Source: Nostoc sp. (lineage in GTDB: Bacteria; Cyanobacteriota; Cyanobacteriia; Cyanobacteriales; Nostocaceae). Taken from it: a stretch of 64,000 bases of DNA. Under the pieces are notes generated by a model. It saw only the letters and a list, made by a program, of their open reading frames with translations. It had not been told where the DNA came from and made no database searches. Both the position numbers and the translations under genes were made by a program. Location of the stretch: NCBI GenBank assembly GCA_036918135.1, contig JBALDB010000018.1:1-64000 (forward strand), written 5' to 3'. Shown here piece by piece: positions 11,920 through 24,400 of this stretch; within the stretch, counting starts at the first letter, position 1; each line of letters starts with the position of its first letter.

Positions 11920-12657
11920 TCAAAGCCGATTACTATAAAAGACTAACTGGCTTAAAAAGAAGGCAAGACCTGCACTTCCTAAAGGAACTGTTAAATTGTC
12001 GATACCCAGGAATGAAAAAGCTTCTAAAGCAGTAGCAATCAATGCTACTAACAGTGATATTGTCCAAGTTTGCCAACTATTTCCCTGAGTTGTGACTAAA
12101 ATCAAACTGCTGACAAGATAGCTAACAAGCATCATAGTCAAAGAGCCTTCCCAACTTTTTTCTGTACCAGAGACTTTGTACTTGTGTTTACCAAAACGCT
12201 GCCCGATTAAAGCTGCTAATCCATCTCCCCAAGTCATGACTAAAATTCCTAGTGCTGCGTACTGCGGTTGTTGAAAGTACCAGAACCAGGCAATTAAAAT
12301 ACCGATACTAACAGAGTAAAAAAATGTGCCTAAACTTTGGCGTCCAACGCTATTAATACCAGGAAGAATGGGAAATCGGTAAGATAGTAAAGTGATTGCA
12401 CTTGCTAAAATTGACGCTGTAATCCCGATGGTAGCAGGAATATCTAGCCACCAAGCAAGTAATATCACATTACCAGTGCCTATATGAACTATCTTGCGGA
12501 CAATTTCTGGTTCGCCATTAGCGAAGCGGTTTACCACCCATGCAATCAGGAGGACGAATAACACCCAAATTGCAGCGATGCCTACAGTGGGCTTTGGCAA
12601 CGCAATTTGCAGCCATAAAACTGGAATTGAGGTGAAGTTAGAAAATGTAATTAACAA
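11920..12657 (-). CDS. phytol/dolichol kinase-family membrane protein
   Basis: RKIVHIGTG, GDGLAALIG, KSWEGS and DNLTVP motifs. Confidence 0.9.
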   Translation of the reverse strand: MLITFSNFTSIPVLWLQIALPKPTVGIAAIWVLFVLLIAWVVNRFANGEPEIVRKIVHIGTGNVILLAWWLDIPATIGITASILASAITLLSYRFPILPGINSVGRQSLGTFFYSVSIGILIAWFWYFQQPQYAALGILVMTWGDGLAALIGQRFGKHKYKVSGTEKSWEGSLTMMLVSYLVSSLILVTTQGNSWQTWTISLLVALIATALEAFSFLGIDNLTVPLGSAGLAFFLSQLVFYSNRL

Positions 12658-12718
12658 AGATGCAATAAGATGAGAATTTTTACCTCTATAACTAATTTAT
12701 AAGATTTCGGTGACTGTA

Positions 12719-12943
12719 ATGAAACTATTATTAATTTGGCTGATTCGCGGCTACCGAATGTTTATCTCGCCATTGTTTCCTCCCAGTTGTCGTTTTCAAC
12801 CAACTTGTTCGATGTATGCCATTCAAGCCATTGAACGATTTGGAGTCTTACGTGGTAGCTGGATGGCAACCCGACGAATTTTGCGTTGTCATCCCTTTCA
12901 TCCAGGAGGTTATGACCCGGTACCGGAGGTCAAACAGGAGTAG
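12719..12943 (+). CDS. yidD: membrane protein insertion efficiency factor
   Basis: [10 protein letters not shown]...[17 protein letters not shown]. Confidence 0.95.
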   Translation: MKLLLIWLIRGYRMFISPLFPPSCRFQPTCSMYAIQAIERFGVLRGSWMATRRILRCHPFHPGGYDPVPEVKQE

Positions 12944-13093
12944 TTGAGGAAATGGGGAGGCAGGGGGAGATATAACTAATGACCAATGACCAATGACAAA
13001 TGACAAATTGCGGGTATAGTCTTTTGGGGAGATGTCAACGGCTGGGGTTGTCATCTAGTTTGGGAAGGTCGAATAATCTAATTTAGACTGACC

Positions 13094-13318
13094 ATGATTA
13101 ATCCTACTGCTATTTATATACCCGACCCCGACCCACAAATTCCCAATCCTGAACCGAATCCGTTACCGAGTCCGGAACCTATACCGGGGCCTGCGCCAGA
13201 ACCAGTACCTGCTCCCATTCCCCAACCACTACCGGGGCCTGTACCAGAAACAGTACCTGCTCCCATTCCTCAAACAGTTCCAGGGACAATTCCCCAAACC
13301 ATACCGGAACCTGTTTGA
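13094..13318 (+). CDS. proline-rich repeat protein (hypothetical)
   Basis: ATG ORF of PEP/PAPIPQ repeats with varied codons. Confidence 0.6.
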   Translation: MINPTAIYIPDPDPQIPNPEPNPLPSPEPIPGPAPEPVPAPIPQPLPGPVPETVPAPIPQTVPGTIPQTIPEPV

Positions 13319-13356
13319 ATTACCTTGGTAATGTAATCCAAAATCTAAAATCCAAA

Positions 13357-14448
13357 ATGCTAAGAGCCGGAATTGTCGGACTTCCCAACGTCGGAAAATC
13401 TACTTTATTTAATGCTGTAGTTGCTAATGCTAAAGCAGAAGCAGCTAACTTCCCTTTTTGCACGATTGAACCGAATGTCGGCGTTGTCGCAGTACCGGAT
13501 GAGCGGTTAGGTGTTCTTGCTAAAATTGGCAGTTCAGTACAAGTTGTCCCGGCACGTGTTGAATTTGTAGATATTGCTGGTTTAGTTAAAGGTGCAAGTC
13601 AGGGTGAGGGACTAGGTAATCAATTCCTGTCCCACATCCGGGAAGTTGATGCGATCGTCCATGTAGTACGTTGTTTTGAAAATGATGATATCATCCACGT
13701 TGCCGGTTCTGTTGACCCAGCGCGAGATATTGAAATCATTAATTTAGAGTTAGGTTTATCAGATTTAGCACAAATCGAAAGGCGAATTGAGCGCACTCGC
13801 AAGCAAGCTCGCACCAGCAAAGATGCTCAGTTTGAAGTCACTGTTTTAGAGAAATTAGCTGCGGCTTTAAATGAAGGTAAATCAGTGCGTCAGGTGAGTT
13901 TGAATGAAGAAGAAGCAGAGATTATTAAAGGATTAGGACTACTGACTAATAAACCAATTATCTACGCCGCCAATGTATCTGAGGATGACTTGGCAACGGG
14001 TAATGATTTTGTGGAAAAAGTACGGCAAATTGCAGTAACAGAGAATGCTCAAGTTGTCATAGTTTCTGCTCAAGTTGAAGCTGAATTAGTTGAATTACCA
14101 GATGAAGATAAAGCTGATTTTCTCGCATCTTTAGGTGTGGAAGAAGGCGGTTTGAAATCATTAATTCGTGCTACCTACACCCTTTTAGGCTTGCGGACAT
14201 ATTTCACTTGCGGCCCGAAAGAAACTCGCGCTTGGACAATTCATGCAGGAATGTCTGCACCTCAAGCCGCAGGCGTAATCCACAGTGATTTTGAAAGAGG
14301 ATTTATCCGCGCTGAAACTGTCGCTTATAAAGACTTGGTAGCTACTGGTTCGATGAATGCTGCCAAGGAGAAAGGATTGGTTCGCAGTGAAGGTAAAGAG
14401 TATCTTGTGCAGGAAGGGGATGTAATGTTATTCCGCTTTAATGTGTAA
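13357..14448 (+). CDS. ychF: redox-regulated ATPase YchF
   Basis: GLPNVGKST, ANFPFCTIEPN, DIAGLVKGAS and C-terminal TGS domain. Confidence 0.97.
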   Translation: MLRAGIVGLPNVGKSTLFNAVVANAKAEAANFPFCTIEPNVGVVAVPDERLGVLAKIGSSVQVVPARVEFVDIAGLVKGASQGEGLGNQFLSHIREVDAIVHVVRCFENDDIIHVAGSVDPARDIEIINLELGLSDLAQIERRIERTRKQARTSKDAQFEVTVLEKLAAALNEGKSVRQVSLNEEEAEIIKGLGLLTNKPIIYAANVSEDDLATGNDFVEKVRQIAVTENAQVVIVSAQVEAELVELPDEDKADFLASLGVEEGGLKSLIRATYTLLGLRTYFTCGPKETRAWTIHAGMSAPQAAGVIHSDFERGFIRAETVAYKDLVATGSMNAAKEKGLVRSEGKEYLVQEGDVMLFRFNV

Positions 14449-14459
14449 GTGGGAGTAAT

Positions 14460-14628
14460 CCCTCTTTTGTCACTTTCGGCAGAGAATAATCTCAAACCCT
14501 TGTTTTTACGTTTTTTTGCAACAAGGTAATTTCAATGAAAAAATGGAGATGCGAGCGCTCAATTCTTGATTAAGTCTGAGTCTCAAGATCAGGTAATATT
14601 TTTCTCTCCCCAGAGTGACAAAAGAGGG
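14460..14628. mobile_element. MITE with terminal inverted repeats and 5-bp target duplication
   Basis: CCCTCTTTTGTCACT...AGTGACAAAAGAGGG flanked by GTAAT at 14455-14459 and 14629-14633. Confidence 0.8.
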
Positions 14629-15011
14629 GTAATGGTTAACCCCTGCAAAGTCAGAGCATCCCAATGTAAGCAAATCTACCATCTTGGTAGATAGTTATTG
14701 CCAATGCAGCGAAATGCAATGTTCGCCCTTGGTTTTTCCGAAGAGTAGTAATCGCAAAATCTGAGTATTGCGATTGCTTCTCTCTATTTCCTTACGCTTG
14801 CAATGGTAAAATATCGCACTACTGAAGTAAACGAATTATATAATCTAGCATGCAGTTTCTAGGCAATGGCAGTAATCAAGTGAGTTCCTATAGATATGGT
14901 GTAATTTAAAGCCTTTTCTCAATAGGAAAGATTGGTAGTAGTGCTAAAAATCTCCGCAATGGTGTTGCAATTCGTCGTCAGTCTGGGTCTGACTCTATTT
15001 GCATTAACTTG

Positions 15012-15112
15012 TACCAATTCAATTAATGGTTGCAATATATTCTTGGTTCAAGACGCGATTCATCGCGTCTCTACAAATAGTCTATTTGTTGCATTCTTCT
15101 TTTAAATTGGTA
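15012..15112. repeat. dispersed MITE-like repeat, copy 2
   Basis: TACCAATT...AATTGGTA ends; central GACGCGAT-TC-ATCGCGTC palindrome; similar to 2834-2979. Confidence 0.7.
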
Positions 15113-15740
15113 TTAAATACTTTAATTGAAAATTAGTTATATTTTTAATAATATATAAATTTAAGTCAAACATTTTAGTCTGTTAAAACTAGTCTCTGGT
15201 TAATTTACATTGACTAGAGGCTATTTCAGTATGGTTGTAAAATATACAGTATTTTGGCTAATATTTTATACCTTAAAATTTCTAATAGTTTTCAATTTTG
15301 AGCAAAACTTAAGGCAAACAACAGAAGATGTATTTGCAATCTCGTGCTAAATATTTATTTGTTTTAACCTTTTGCTAGCTATTTCTTAATATTACTGAGA
15401 TAAGTTGAGTTTGCTGAATAGTAATTAATACTAAGAAAAAATGTAGTTTTTTTGACTGTATACTTTATTTTTATGCTGAATATGCGATCGCCCAAAGCCT
15501 CAGTACACTCTACTGCCAGACTGTAAATTTTATCTTTGGAGTTAAATTTTTTTACTGTCAAGAAAAAATCGCATTCACATTCCCAAATATCAGCGCTGCT
15601 AGATTCTGACTAATAAAATCTACATCTATACTAATTTCAATTATTTAGGAAGCTACCTAGACGCCTATCGCGCCACCAATTCTTCAATAGGCGCTTTAAG
15701 TTAAATTAACTACAAAAAAAATCTCTGTAAATACACATTT

Positions 15741-18700
15741 ATGGCATCAACAATTCTTACTCATGGTGATATAGCGATCGCTGGTTATATCAATAACGGT
15801 AGCCCTGATTCTTTCTCTTTCGTTAACTTAGTACCTATTGGTTCAGGTACAGTCATTTACTTCACTGATAACGGCTGGACTGGTAGCGGATTCAGAGGTT
15901 CATCCGCAACTGATGGTGATGGCAATGAAAACCTGATTCGATTCACAGCTAATAATGATATTCCGGCTGGTACAGTTATCCGTAGCATTGATACATCTAC
16001 TAACTATACCTGGACGAAATCAGGACAAATTGGAACCACCAGTGCAGGTAGCTATAATGACCTTTCCTTAGGTCAAGGTGGTGACCAAATTGCCGCATTT
16101 CAATCTACCAATACCTCAAACCCGCTCAATTCCGGTTTCACAGCTATTTATCAAATTGATTATACAGGAGTATTTGAAAACGCTACAGATTCCAGTAGCG
16201 GTAACGTCATCCCCGGATTATCCCAGGCTGATAACACAGCTGTTATTACCAATACAAGTCCTGGCAATACTGCGAGTAATCCTGCTACCTACGCAGCGTT
16301 TAATCTCAACACACTCAGTAGTGGTACAAAGGCTCAATGGTTAGCGGCAATCAACAATCCAGCAAACTGGACATTTGGTAGTGCAACTAGTTTACCGACT
16401 GGCAACATTACTGTTTCTGGTGGTGCAGGTTCTCAACCAGACCTCAGTATTAGCTTGGCTGACTCGCCCGATCCGGTAATTGTAGGCAACCCCCTGACCT
16501 ACACTCTCACCGTGAATAATAACGGTACTGCTAACGCCAGTGGCATTTCAGTACAATATACCTTGCCTAGTGGGGTAACCTTTAATGGTACAACTGTTGC
16601 CAACGGCTTTACCGCTAGCCAATCTGCTGGTGTTGTAACCTTCTCTGGTGGCAGCATTAATGCTAGTGATACTGCTATCTTGACGGTTAGCGTTACCCCA
16701 AATTCCGCAGGGACTCTCACCAGTGGTACAGGAATTGTAGACCCCAACAACACCATTGCTGAGAGCAACGAAACCAACAATACTGCTGCTGGAATTACTA
16801 CCACAGTTAATAATGTAGCAGTAGGACAAGCGCCGACTATTCAACTAGACACAGCTACTACCACAGACCTTTTAGATGCAAACGGTGCTTTGCCTACCAC
16901 AGGAACGGGGGCAATCAGTGGCGTAATTGACAACGCCAACGACCCAGCAAAAACATTGGGCGTAAACTTTACCATCGCTGACCCGGATACTGCTGTAGGA
17001 AATTTGACCGTCATAGTTAACAGTAGTAATGCCGCAGTGGTTCCTAATGGAAACTTAACGCTAACTGGCACTGGAGATAGTCGCAATCTCAAAATCAATC
17101 CTGTAGGCGTTGGTAGTGCCAATATTACAGTCACCGTCAGTGATGGTAATAGTACTGCAAATTATGCGATCGCCTATGCTGCATCGGCGAATAATGGAAC
17201 TGCGACAACTCAATTTTTAACCGGTACGAGTGATGCTTCTACAGCTATTCCCATTGGTGGGACATTTTTCTTAGAAGCGGATGACGAAAATCAAGTTTTG
17301 CGCCTTTATGACTCTAGCAAATCGGGACTTCCGGTAACTGGTTTTGATTTTACAAACTCTTTAGGACTGACCCAGAGTGATGGTTCTGGGGTGTTGCGAG
17401 AAGTGGATCTCGAAGCTGCAACTGAAATAGGCGATCGCATTTTTTGGTTGGGGTCGCAAAGCAATAGCGATGATGGCAAGAATCGTCCTAACCGCGATCG
17501 CGTTTTTGCCACAGATGTTACTGGTACTGGAGCATCCACTACACTCAGCTATGTCGGTCGCTACGACTTTTTAAAGGAAGACATCATCAACTGGGATGTC
17601 ACCAACGGTCACGGCAAAGGTGCAAATTATTACGGCTTGGCTGCTAGTGCTGCAACTAATGTCGGGTCGAAGCAATCAAACGGCTACAATATTGAAGGCT
17701 TAGAAATTGCGCCGGACAACACTACAGCTTATATCGCCTTCCGCGCCCCCCAAGTTCCCCCCTCTAGACGCTCGAATGCACTTATCGTCCCCGTGACCAA
17801 CTTTGCTAGCCTGATATCTGCTAGCAGTGGTGGTACACAAGGCTCGGCACAATTTGGCGCTCCCATTGAATTAGATTTAGGCGGTCGCGGAATTCGGGAA
17901 ATTCGCAAGAATGCTAATAACCAGTATGTAATTATTGCTGGGCCAGCCGGAGACGCAGGAACAGCACCCAATGATTTTCGCCTTTACACTTGGGATGGCA
18001 ATCCCAACAGCCAACCACAATTACGTGCGGCTACATTTCCTGCCAGCTTCAACCCGGAAGGAATTATTACCATACCTAATAATTTAACAGATACATCTCA
18101 AATTCAATTTGTCAGCGATGATGGCAACACCGTTCTCTACAACGACGGCACAGCAACCAAAGATTTATCACAGAACAATTTCAAAAAATTCCGTAGCGAT
18201 CGCATTACTCTTGGCGGTGTAGTTCTCACCCCTCGGATTCACGACATCCAGGGTGCATCTCAAATCTCTCCATTAAACGGAAAAAATGTCGCTGACGTTC
18301 CAGGAATTGTCACAGTTATCAAATCTAATGGCTTCTATTTACAAGACCCCAATCCAGATAACGACGATCGCACCTCCGAAGCTGTTTTTGTTTTTACCTC
18401 ATCAGCCCCAACTGTGCAAGTGGGTGACTCAGTACTGGTTGGCGGTACTGTAACGGAGTTCCGTCCTGGTGGTGCTAGTGGTGCTAATAACTTGACAACC
18501 ACAGAAATTATTAGCCCCACAATTACCAAGCTGTCCAGTGGCAATGCTTTGCCAGCTGCTACTATTCTCGGTAATGGCGGCAAAACCATTCCCACCTCGG
18601 TAATCGATAATGATACCACTGGTAACATCGAAACTGGAACGACCACCTTTGACCCTGCCCAAGATGGCATTGATTTCTACGAAAGCTTAGAAGGAATGCT

Positions 18701-21287
18701 AGTACAGGTAAATAATCCTGTAGCAGTTAGCCCGACTAATTCTTTTGGGGAGATTTGGGTACTGGCGGATAATGGCGTTAATGCCACCGGACGCACAGCA
18801 CGCGGTGGTATCGAGATTAGCCCCAAAGATTTTAATCCAGAGCGTATCCAAATTGATGATAGCCTGTTTACCTCTGGTAGCTCACCTCAGGTGAATGTGG
18901 GTGCGACTTTCGGCACGATTACGGGTGTGGTGGATTATAGTTTCAGCAACTACGAAGTTCTGCCCACATCCGTGACTGTGACTTCCAACACGCTGACTAA
19001 GGAAGTCACTAATTTAACTCCCACCACCAACCAACTGACAGTTGCTACCTTTAACGTCGAAAATCTTGACCCTGGTGATGGTGCAACCAAGTTTAACAAC
19101 CTTGCCAGCCGCATTGTTAATAACCTCAAATCACCAGATATTATTGCTCTAGAAGAAATTCAAGACAATAATGGGCCGACGAATAATGGTGTAGTTGATG
19201 CTAGCACAACTTTCCAAACATTAATTCAGGCGATTGCTGCTGCTGGTGGCCCCACATACCAATATCGGGAAATTGACCCACAAAACAACCAAGATGGCGG
19301 TGAACCCGGTGGTAATATTCGCCAAGGTTTCTTATTCAATCCCGACCGAGTTCAGTTTGTAGACATCCCTGGTGGCGGTACTTTAACTAACACCACAGTC
19401 AGCAATGTTAATGGTGTGCCCACACTTTCTGCTAGTCCTGGTCGCATTGACCCCACCAACTCAGCTTTTACTACCAGTCGCAAACCTTTAGTTGGTGAAT
19501 TTACTTTTAACAGTAAAACTGTTTATATAGTCGGCAACCACTTTAATTCTAAGGGCGGCGACCAACCGCTATACGGGCCAAATCAACCGCCAACCCTCAG
19601 TAGCGAAACCCAGCGCCAGCAACAAGCTACGGTGGTGAAAAACTTTGTTCAGAGTATTTTAGCGATCGACCCCAATGCCAATGTAGCAGTAGTGGGCGAT
19701 TTAAATGACTTTGAGTTCTCCAACCCTGTCAGCATTTTAGAAAGCGCTGGACTGACTTCCCTGATTGAAACTCTGCCTCAAAACGAGCGCTACACCTACA
19801 ACTTTGAAGGTAACGCCCAAACTCTTGACCACGTTTTAGTCAGTAATGGCTTGCTCAACAAGCTGGATGGCTATGATGTAGTTCATATCAACTCAGAGTT
19901 TGCCGACCAGGATAGCGACCACGATCCCAGCCTAGCTCGGTTTAATCTACCTGCAAACCAAGCGCCAACAGCCGTAAATGATACAGTCAGCATTGCGGAA
20001 GACGCAACTACATCTAATCTCTACGCCACCTTGCTAAGTAACGATACTGACCCAGATGCTGGAGATACTAAAAACATCATTGCAGTTAACACCACAGGTA
20101 CAAAAGGCACAGTTTCTTTTAATCAGAACACTCAAAACCTAACTTACACTGCCTCAAGTTTTAACTCTCTATCCCAAGGACAGACAGCTAGCGATAGTTT
20201 TACTTACACGCTCAAAGACAGTCAGGGATTGCAGTCCACTGCCACCGTTAACGTCACCGTCACTGGCGTGAATGATGCTCCCACGGTGCAACCGCTTGAC
20301 GACCAAATCGTTGCTACTAACAAGTCCTTCTCTTTCAATGTCAGTAATAAATTCACTGACATCGACCAAGCTGATACCCTTACTTACAGTGCTACAGGTT
20401 TGCCTACTGGTTCTAGTATCGTTGCAAACACAGGTGTAATATCCGGCAAAATCACTCAAGCTGGCATTTTTGCAGTTACAGTCACCGCCGCTGATGGTAA
20501 AGGTGGCAATGTTAGCGATAGCTTTGACCTGACTGTTGCCAATAACAAGGCGACATCTGGCAACGACATTGTCTTTCTCGACCAACTTGTTGGGGTGAAT
20601 ACATTCAATGCCTTAGGTGGCAACGATCGCTTAATCGGCACTGATAACAATGAGACACTCAGTGGTGGTACAGGCAATGATTACATTGATGCCAAGGGCG
20701 GTAACGACTCCCTCTTGGGGAACGATGGCATTGACACACTTATTGGTGGAGCAGGTAATGACATCCTCGATGGTGGAGCTGGCAATGACAATCTCAATGC
20801 TGGACTTGACAATGACACACTTCTAGGAGGAGCCGGCAATGACAGCCTCGATGGTGGAGCCGGCAATGACAACCTTAATGGTGGAGTTGGCAATGACACA
20901 CTTTTAGGTGGGCTTGGCAATGACATTCTTTCTGGGGGTGGTGGCAAAGACCACCTGATTGGTTGGGGAGGCGGCACAAACGAAATTGACCAACTCAACG
21001 GCGCTCAAAGTGCAGATACTTACATTTTGGGTGATACCAATTCCGTTTTTTATGCCAATTCCGGTAATGGTGACTATGCCGATATTGTTAGCTTCAAAGC
21101 AAGCGATCGGATTCAGCTTAAAGGATCTGCTGACAATTACTTTTTAGGGTCAGCACCAGTTTCTGGATTTAGCAAGTCGGCTGTGAGCATTTTTGCCAAG
21201 AATGGGGCGCAATTAGAGTTAATTGGGGTTGTGGAAACCGGATTAAACCGCAATTTGGCAACAGATACTCGTTTCGTCTTTGTTTAA
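15741..21287 (+). CDS. large secreted nuclease: ExeM/NucH-like endonuclease/exonuclease/phosphatase with Ig/cadherin-like domains and RTX repeats
   Basis: [31 protein letters not shown] and SDHDP motifs; GGxGxD nonapeptides at the C-terminus. Confidence 0.85.
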   Translation: MASTILTHGDIAIAGYINNGSPDSFSFVNLVPIGSGTVIYFTDNGWTGSGFRGSSATDGDGNENLIRFTANNDIPAGTVIRSIDTSTNYTWTKSGQIGTTSAGSYNDLSLGQGGDQIAAFQSTNTSNPLNSGFTAIYQIDYTGVFENATDSSSGNVIPGLSQADNTAVITNTSPGNTASNPATYAAFNLNTLSSGTKAQWLAAINNPANWTFGSATSLPTGNITVSGGAGSQPDLSISLADSPDPVIVGNPLTYTLTVNNNGTANASGISVQYTLPSGVTFNGTTVANGFTASQSAGVVTFSGGSINASDTAILTVSVTPNSAGTLTSGTGIVDPNNTIAESNETNNTAAGITTTVNNVAVGQAPTIQLDTATTTDLLDANGALPTTGTGAISGVIDNANDPAKTLGVNFTIADPDTAVGNLTVIVNSSNAAVVPNGNLTLTGTGDSRNLKINPVGVGSANITVTVSDGNSTANYAIAYAASANNGTATTQFLTGTSDASTAIPIGGTFFLEADDENQVLRLYDSSKSGLPVTGFDFTNSLGLTQSDGSGVLREVDLEAATEIGDRIFWLGSQSNSDDGKNRPNRDRVFATDVTGTGASTTLSYVGRYDFLKEDIINWDVTNGHGKGANYYGLAASAATNVGSKQSNGYNIEGLEIAPDNTTAYIAFRAPQVPPSRRSNALIVPVTNFASLISASSGGTQGSAQFGAPIELDLGGRGIREIRKNANNQYVIIAGPAGDAGTAPNDFRLYTWDGNPNSQPQLRAATFPASFNPEGIITIPNNLTDTSQIQFVSDDGNTVLYNDGTATKDLSQNNFKKFRSDRITLGGVVLTPRIHDIQGASQISPLNGKNVADVPGIVTVIKSNGFYLQDPNPDNDDRTSEAVFVFTSSAPTVQVGDSVLVGGTVTEFRPGGASGANNLTTTEIISPTITKLSSGNALPAATILGNGGKTIPTSVIDNDTTGNIETGTTTFDPAQDGIDFYESLEGMLVQVNNPVAVSPTNSFGEIWVLADNGVNATGRTARGGIEISPKDFNPERIQIDDSLFTSGSSPQVNVGATFGTITGVVDYSFSNYEVLPTSVTVTSNTLTKEVTNLTPTTNQLTVATFNVENLDPGDGATKFNNLASRIVNNLKSPDIIALEEIQDNNGPTNNGVVDASTTFQTLIQAIAAAGGPTYQYREIDPQNNQDGGEPGGNIRQGFLFNPDRVQFVDIPGGGTLTNTTVSNVNGVPTLSASPGRIDPTNSAFTTSRKPLVGEFTFNSKTVYIVGNHFNSKGGDQPLYGPNQPPTLSSETQRQQQATVVKNFVQSILAIDPNANVAVVGDLNDFEFSNPVSILESAGLTSLIETLPQNERYTYNFEGNAQTLDHVLVSNGLLNKLDGYDVVHINSEFADQDSDHDPSLARFNLPANQAPTAVNDTVSIAEDATTSNLYATLLSNDTDPDAGDTKNIIAVNTTGTKGTVSFNQNTQNLTYTASSFNSLSQGQTASDSFTYTLKDSQGLQSTATVNVTVTGVNDAPTVQPLDDQIVATNKSFSFNVSNKFTDIDQADTLTYSATGLPTGSSIVANTGVISGKITQAGIFAVTVTAADGKGGNVSDSFDLTVANNKATSGNDIVFLDQLVGVNTFNALGGNDRLIGTDNNETLSGGTGNDYIDAKGGNDSLLGNDGIDTLIGGAGNDILDGGAGNDNLNAGLDNDTLLGGAGNDSLDGGAGNDNLNGGVGNDTLLGGLGNDILSGGGGKDHLIGWGGGTNEIDQLNGAQSADTYILGDTNSVFYANSGNGDYADIVSFKASDRIQLKGSADNYFLGSAPVSGFSKSAVSIFAKNGAQLELIGVVETGLNRNLATDTRFVFV

Positions 21288-21478
21288 AGCTGATTCAAGC
21301 GATCGCTCCTTACGGAAACTTAAGAGCGATCGCTTGGCTCACACAAAGGCGTAGAGTCACACAGAGTAAGGATTTATTGCGTCTTCTTTAGACCAATTAT
21401 CTACACCAATAGCCCTTAATTGAACGGTATTGCATTTGCTACTTCCAATTCTCCTGGAATCTACCTCAGAATTAAACT

Positions 21479-24400
21479 ATGGTAACTACAAGCACAATTC
21501 GCTTTTCCCAGTTCAATGCTTCCCTGAATCGGAACGCCGAAGGTCAATTAGTAACTGATTTATCTACTCCTGATAATGCTCAGGCAAAGGCGGTTGCGGA
21601 AATCATTCAGCGTAATAACTCAGATGTACTACTGATTAATGAGTTTGATTACTCACCACAGGCAGTTCAACTATTTAAACAAAATTACCTTACAGTTAGC
21701 CAGAATGGTACAACTCCCGTTGATTACCCTTACTTTTACATCGCTCCTTCCAATACGGGTATTGCCTCTGGGTTTGACTTGAATAATAACGGTACAGCCA
21801 TTACCACCCCAGGTACAGCTGGGTATGGTGATGATGCTTTAGGATTCGGTAATTTTCCCGGTCAATACGGAATGCTGCTGCTGTCCAAATATCCCATCGA
21901 TACAGCTAATATTCGGACTTTCCAAAACTTCCTTTGGAAGGATATGCCCAATGCTTTGCTTCCAGATGACCCGGCGACACCACAGGCAAATGATTGGTAT
22001 TCTCCGCAGGAACTAGCGGTTCTACGCCTCTCCTCTAAAAGTCATTGGGATGTACCTATCGAAGTGAACGGCAAGACAATTCATGTCCTTGCCAGCCATC
22101 CTACACCCCCAACCTTTGATGGTGCGGAAGACCGCAACGGCAAGCGCAACCACGACGAAATCCGTTTTTGGGCAGATTATATTACTCCTGGTAAAGGCAA
22201 TTACATCTATGATGATGAAGGTAAAACAGGCGGTATTGCTGCTGGTTCAAGCTTCGTAATTATGGGTGACCAGAATGGTGACCCGTTAGATGGTGATAGT
22301 TATGACTATGCTATTCGCCAATTGTTACAAAATTCTGGTATTAATACTAATGTCATTCCTACCAGTCTTGGTGGTTCTCAGCAAGCAGCTTTGCAGGGTG
22401 GTGCTAACGCTAACTATAAGGGTAATCCAGCTTTTGACACCGCAGACTTTGCTGATACTACTCCCGGAAACTTGCGGTCTGATTACGTGCTACCCTCCAC
22501 TGACATAACAATTGCTGACTCAGGAGTATTTTGGCCGCTAAATACTGACCCGACATTCTCCCCAGTAGGTGTTTTTCCGTTCCCCAGTTCCGATCATCGC
22601 TTAGTGTTTGCAGATGTGCAGACTGGGGCAACTCCAGCAGGTAAAACCATTCCTAATATAGGATTTGTTGGGCAAACTACTTTCGTTACTGGCTTTATTC
22701 CTGCTGGCGTAGCGGGAACTGTGAATGGGGTACAGACTCCGGTGGGTGGATTATCTGGTGTTACCTATGATGCAGCTAACAACCGCTACTACGCTATCTC
22801 AGACGATCGCTCCCTAGTCGCCCCTGCCCGTTTTTATACCTTTACTACCAGCGATTCTGGAGTGACTTTTACTAATGTCACTCCCCTAAAAGATACCAAC
22901 GGCAACTTTTTTGCAACCAACAGCCTGGACACAGAAGGTATTGCTTTAACAAACAACGGCACAGTCTTTATCTCTTCAGAAGGCGAGGTTAATCCTACTG
23001 CTGGTCGCGTTACTAATCCTTTTATTAAAGAGTTTTCGCTGACTACAGGGCAAGAAGTGCGATCGCTTTCTGTCCCCAGCAAATTCCTACCAGTAGTTCA
23101 GGACACTAACAGCGATGGTATTGTTGATGCAGGAGATACGCAGACATCAGGCGTATATAATAACTTAGCATTTGAAAGCCTCACCATTACACCCGACCAG
23201 AAAACATTATTCACCGCCACTGAAAACGCGTTGTCCGAAGATGGCTTAAAGGCTTCACTTACTAATGGCAGCCCTTCCAGGATTCTACAATACAATCTGG
23301 TGACTGGACAGCCAGAAAAAGAATACCTCTACATCACCGATGCCATTCCCGAAGCACCAAACCCAAGCACAGGTTCCGCTGACAATGGTTTGGCGGATTT
23401 ATTAGCAATAGATAATCGTGGTACTTTCCTGGCATTAGAACGCTCCTTTGCCCAAGGTGTAGGCAATACCATCAAAATCTACGAGGTTTCTTTGCAAGGT
23501 GCAACTGACATTAGTTTCGACGATTCTCTCAATAATTTGAGTGCTGAACAACTAGCAGCGATTAAACCCGCCCAAAAGCATCTGCTGTTGAATTTAACGG
23601 ATTTAAATCTGCCCACTGATGCAAATCACCCGATTACGGGAGTAGATAATATAGAAGGTCTTGCCTTCGGCCCTAAACTAGCAGATGGTCGTCAGTCCAT
23701 TGTACTGGTGAGTGACAACAACTTTAGCAGCAGCCAATATACTCAAATCCTCACTTTAGGTGCAGACTTAGTTCCTACTGCTGCACCTACAGTAGAAACC
23801 CGTCCCGATTTGTTTGACGATGAAGATCCAGCACTACCAGTTGTAGATCGAGATGCTGATGCTGATGACCCTGCCATTTATGTTAATGCCACAAATGCTG
23901 CTGATAGTTTAGTATTAACCTCAGTCAAAAATGCTGGATTGCGAGTTTATGACTTGTCTGGTAATTTGTTGCAAACAGTTAATCCTGGTGGTATTCGCTA
24001 CAACAACATTGATTTGCAATACGGTTTTAAATTAGGCAATCAATCTATCGATATTGCCGTAGCTAGCGATCGCCAAAATGATAAACTAGCAATCTTCAAA
24101 ATTAATCCCAATCCCACCACTCCCGGTCAGTATTTGGAAGATATCACCGATAGCAATATTGGTACTATTTTCCAAGGATTGCCTTTTCAACCTCCCTATT
24201 CTGCATCCACTCGCAGTTCTTACGGACTTGCTTTATACCGTAGCCCCGAAACTAATGATTACTATGTCTTTACCACTCGTCGCCAAACTGGAGACATAGC
24301 TCAGTTCAAGCTAATTGACAAAGGTAATGGCCAAATTGGAGCAGAACTGGTGCGCGAGTTCACCATCCCCTCGCCCACCGCAGCCGGACGTTCTCCCCAA

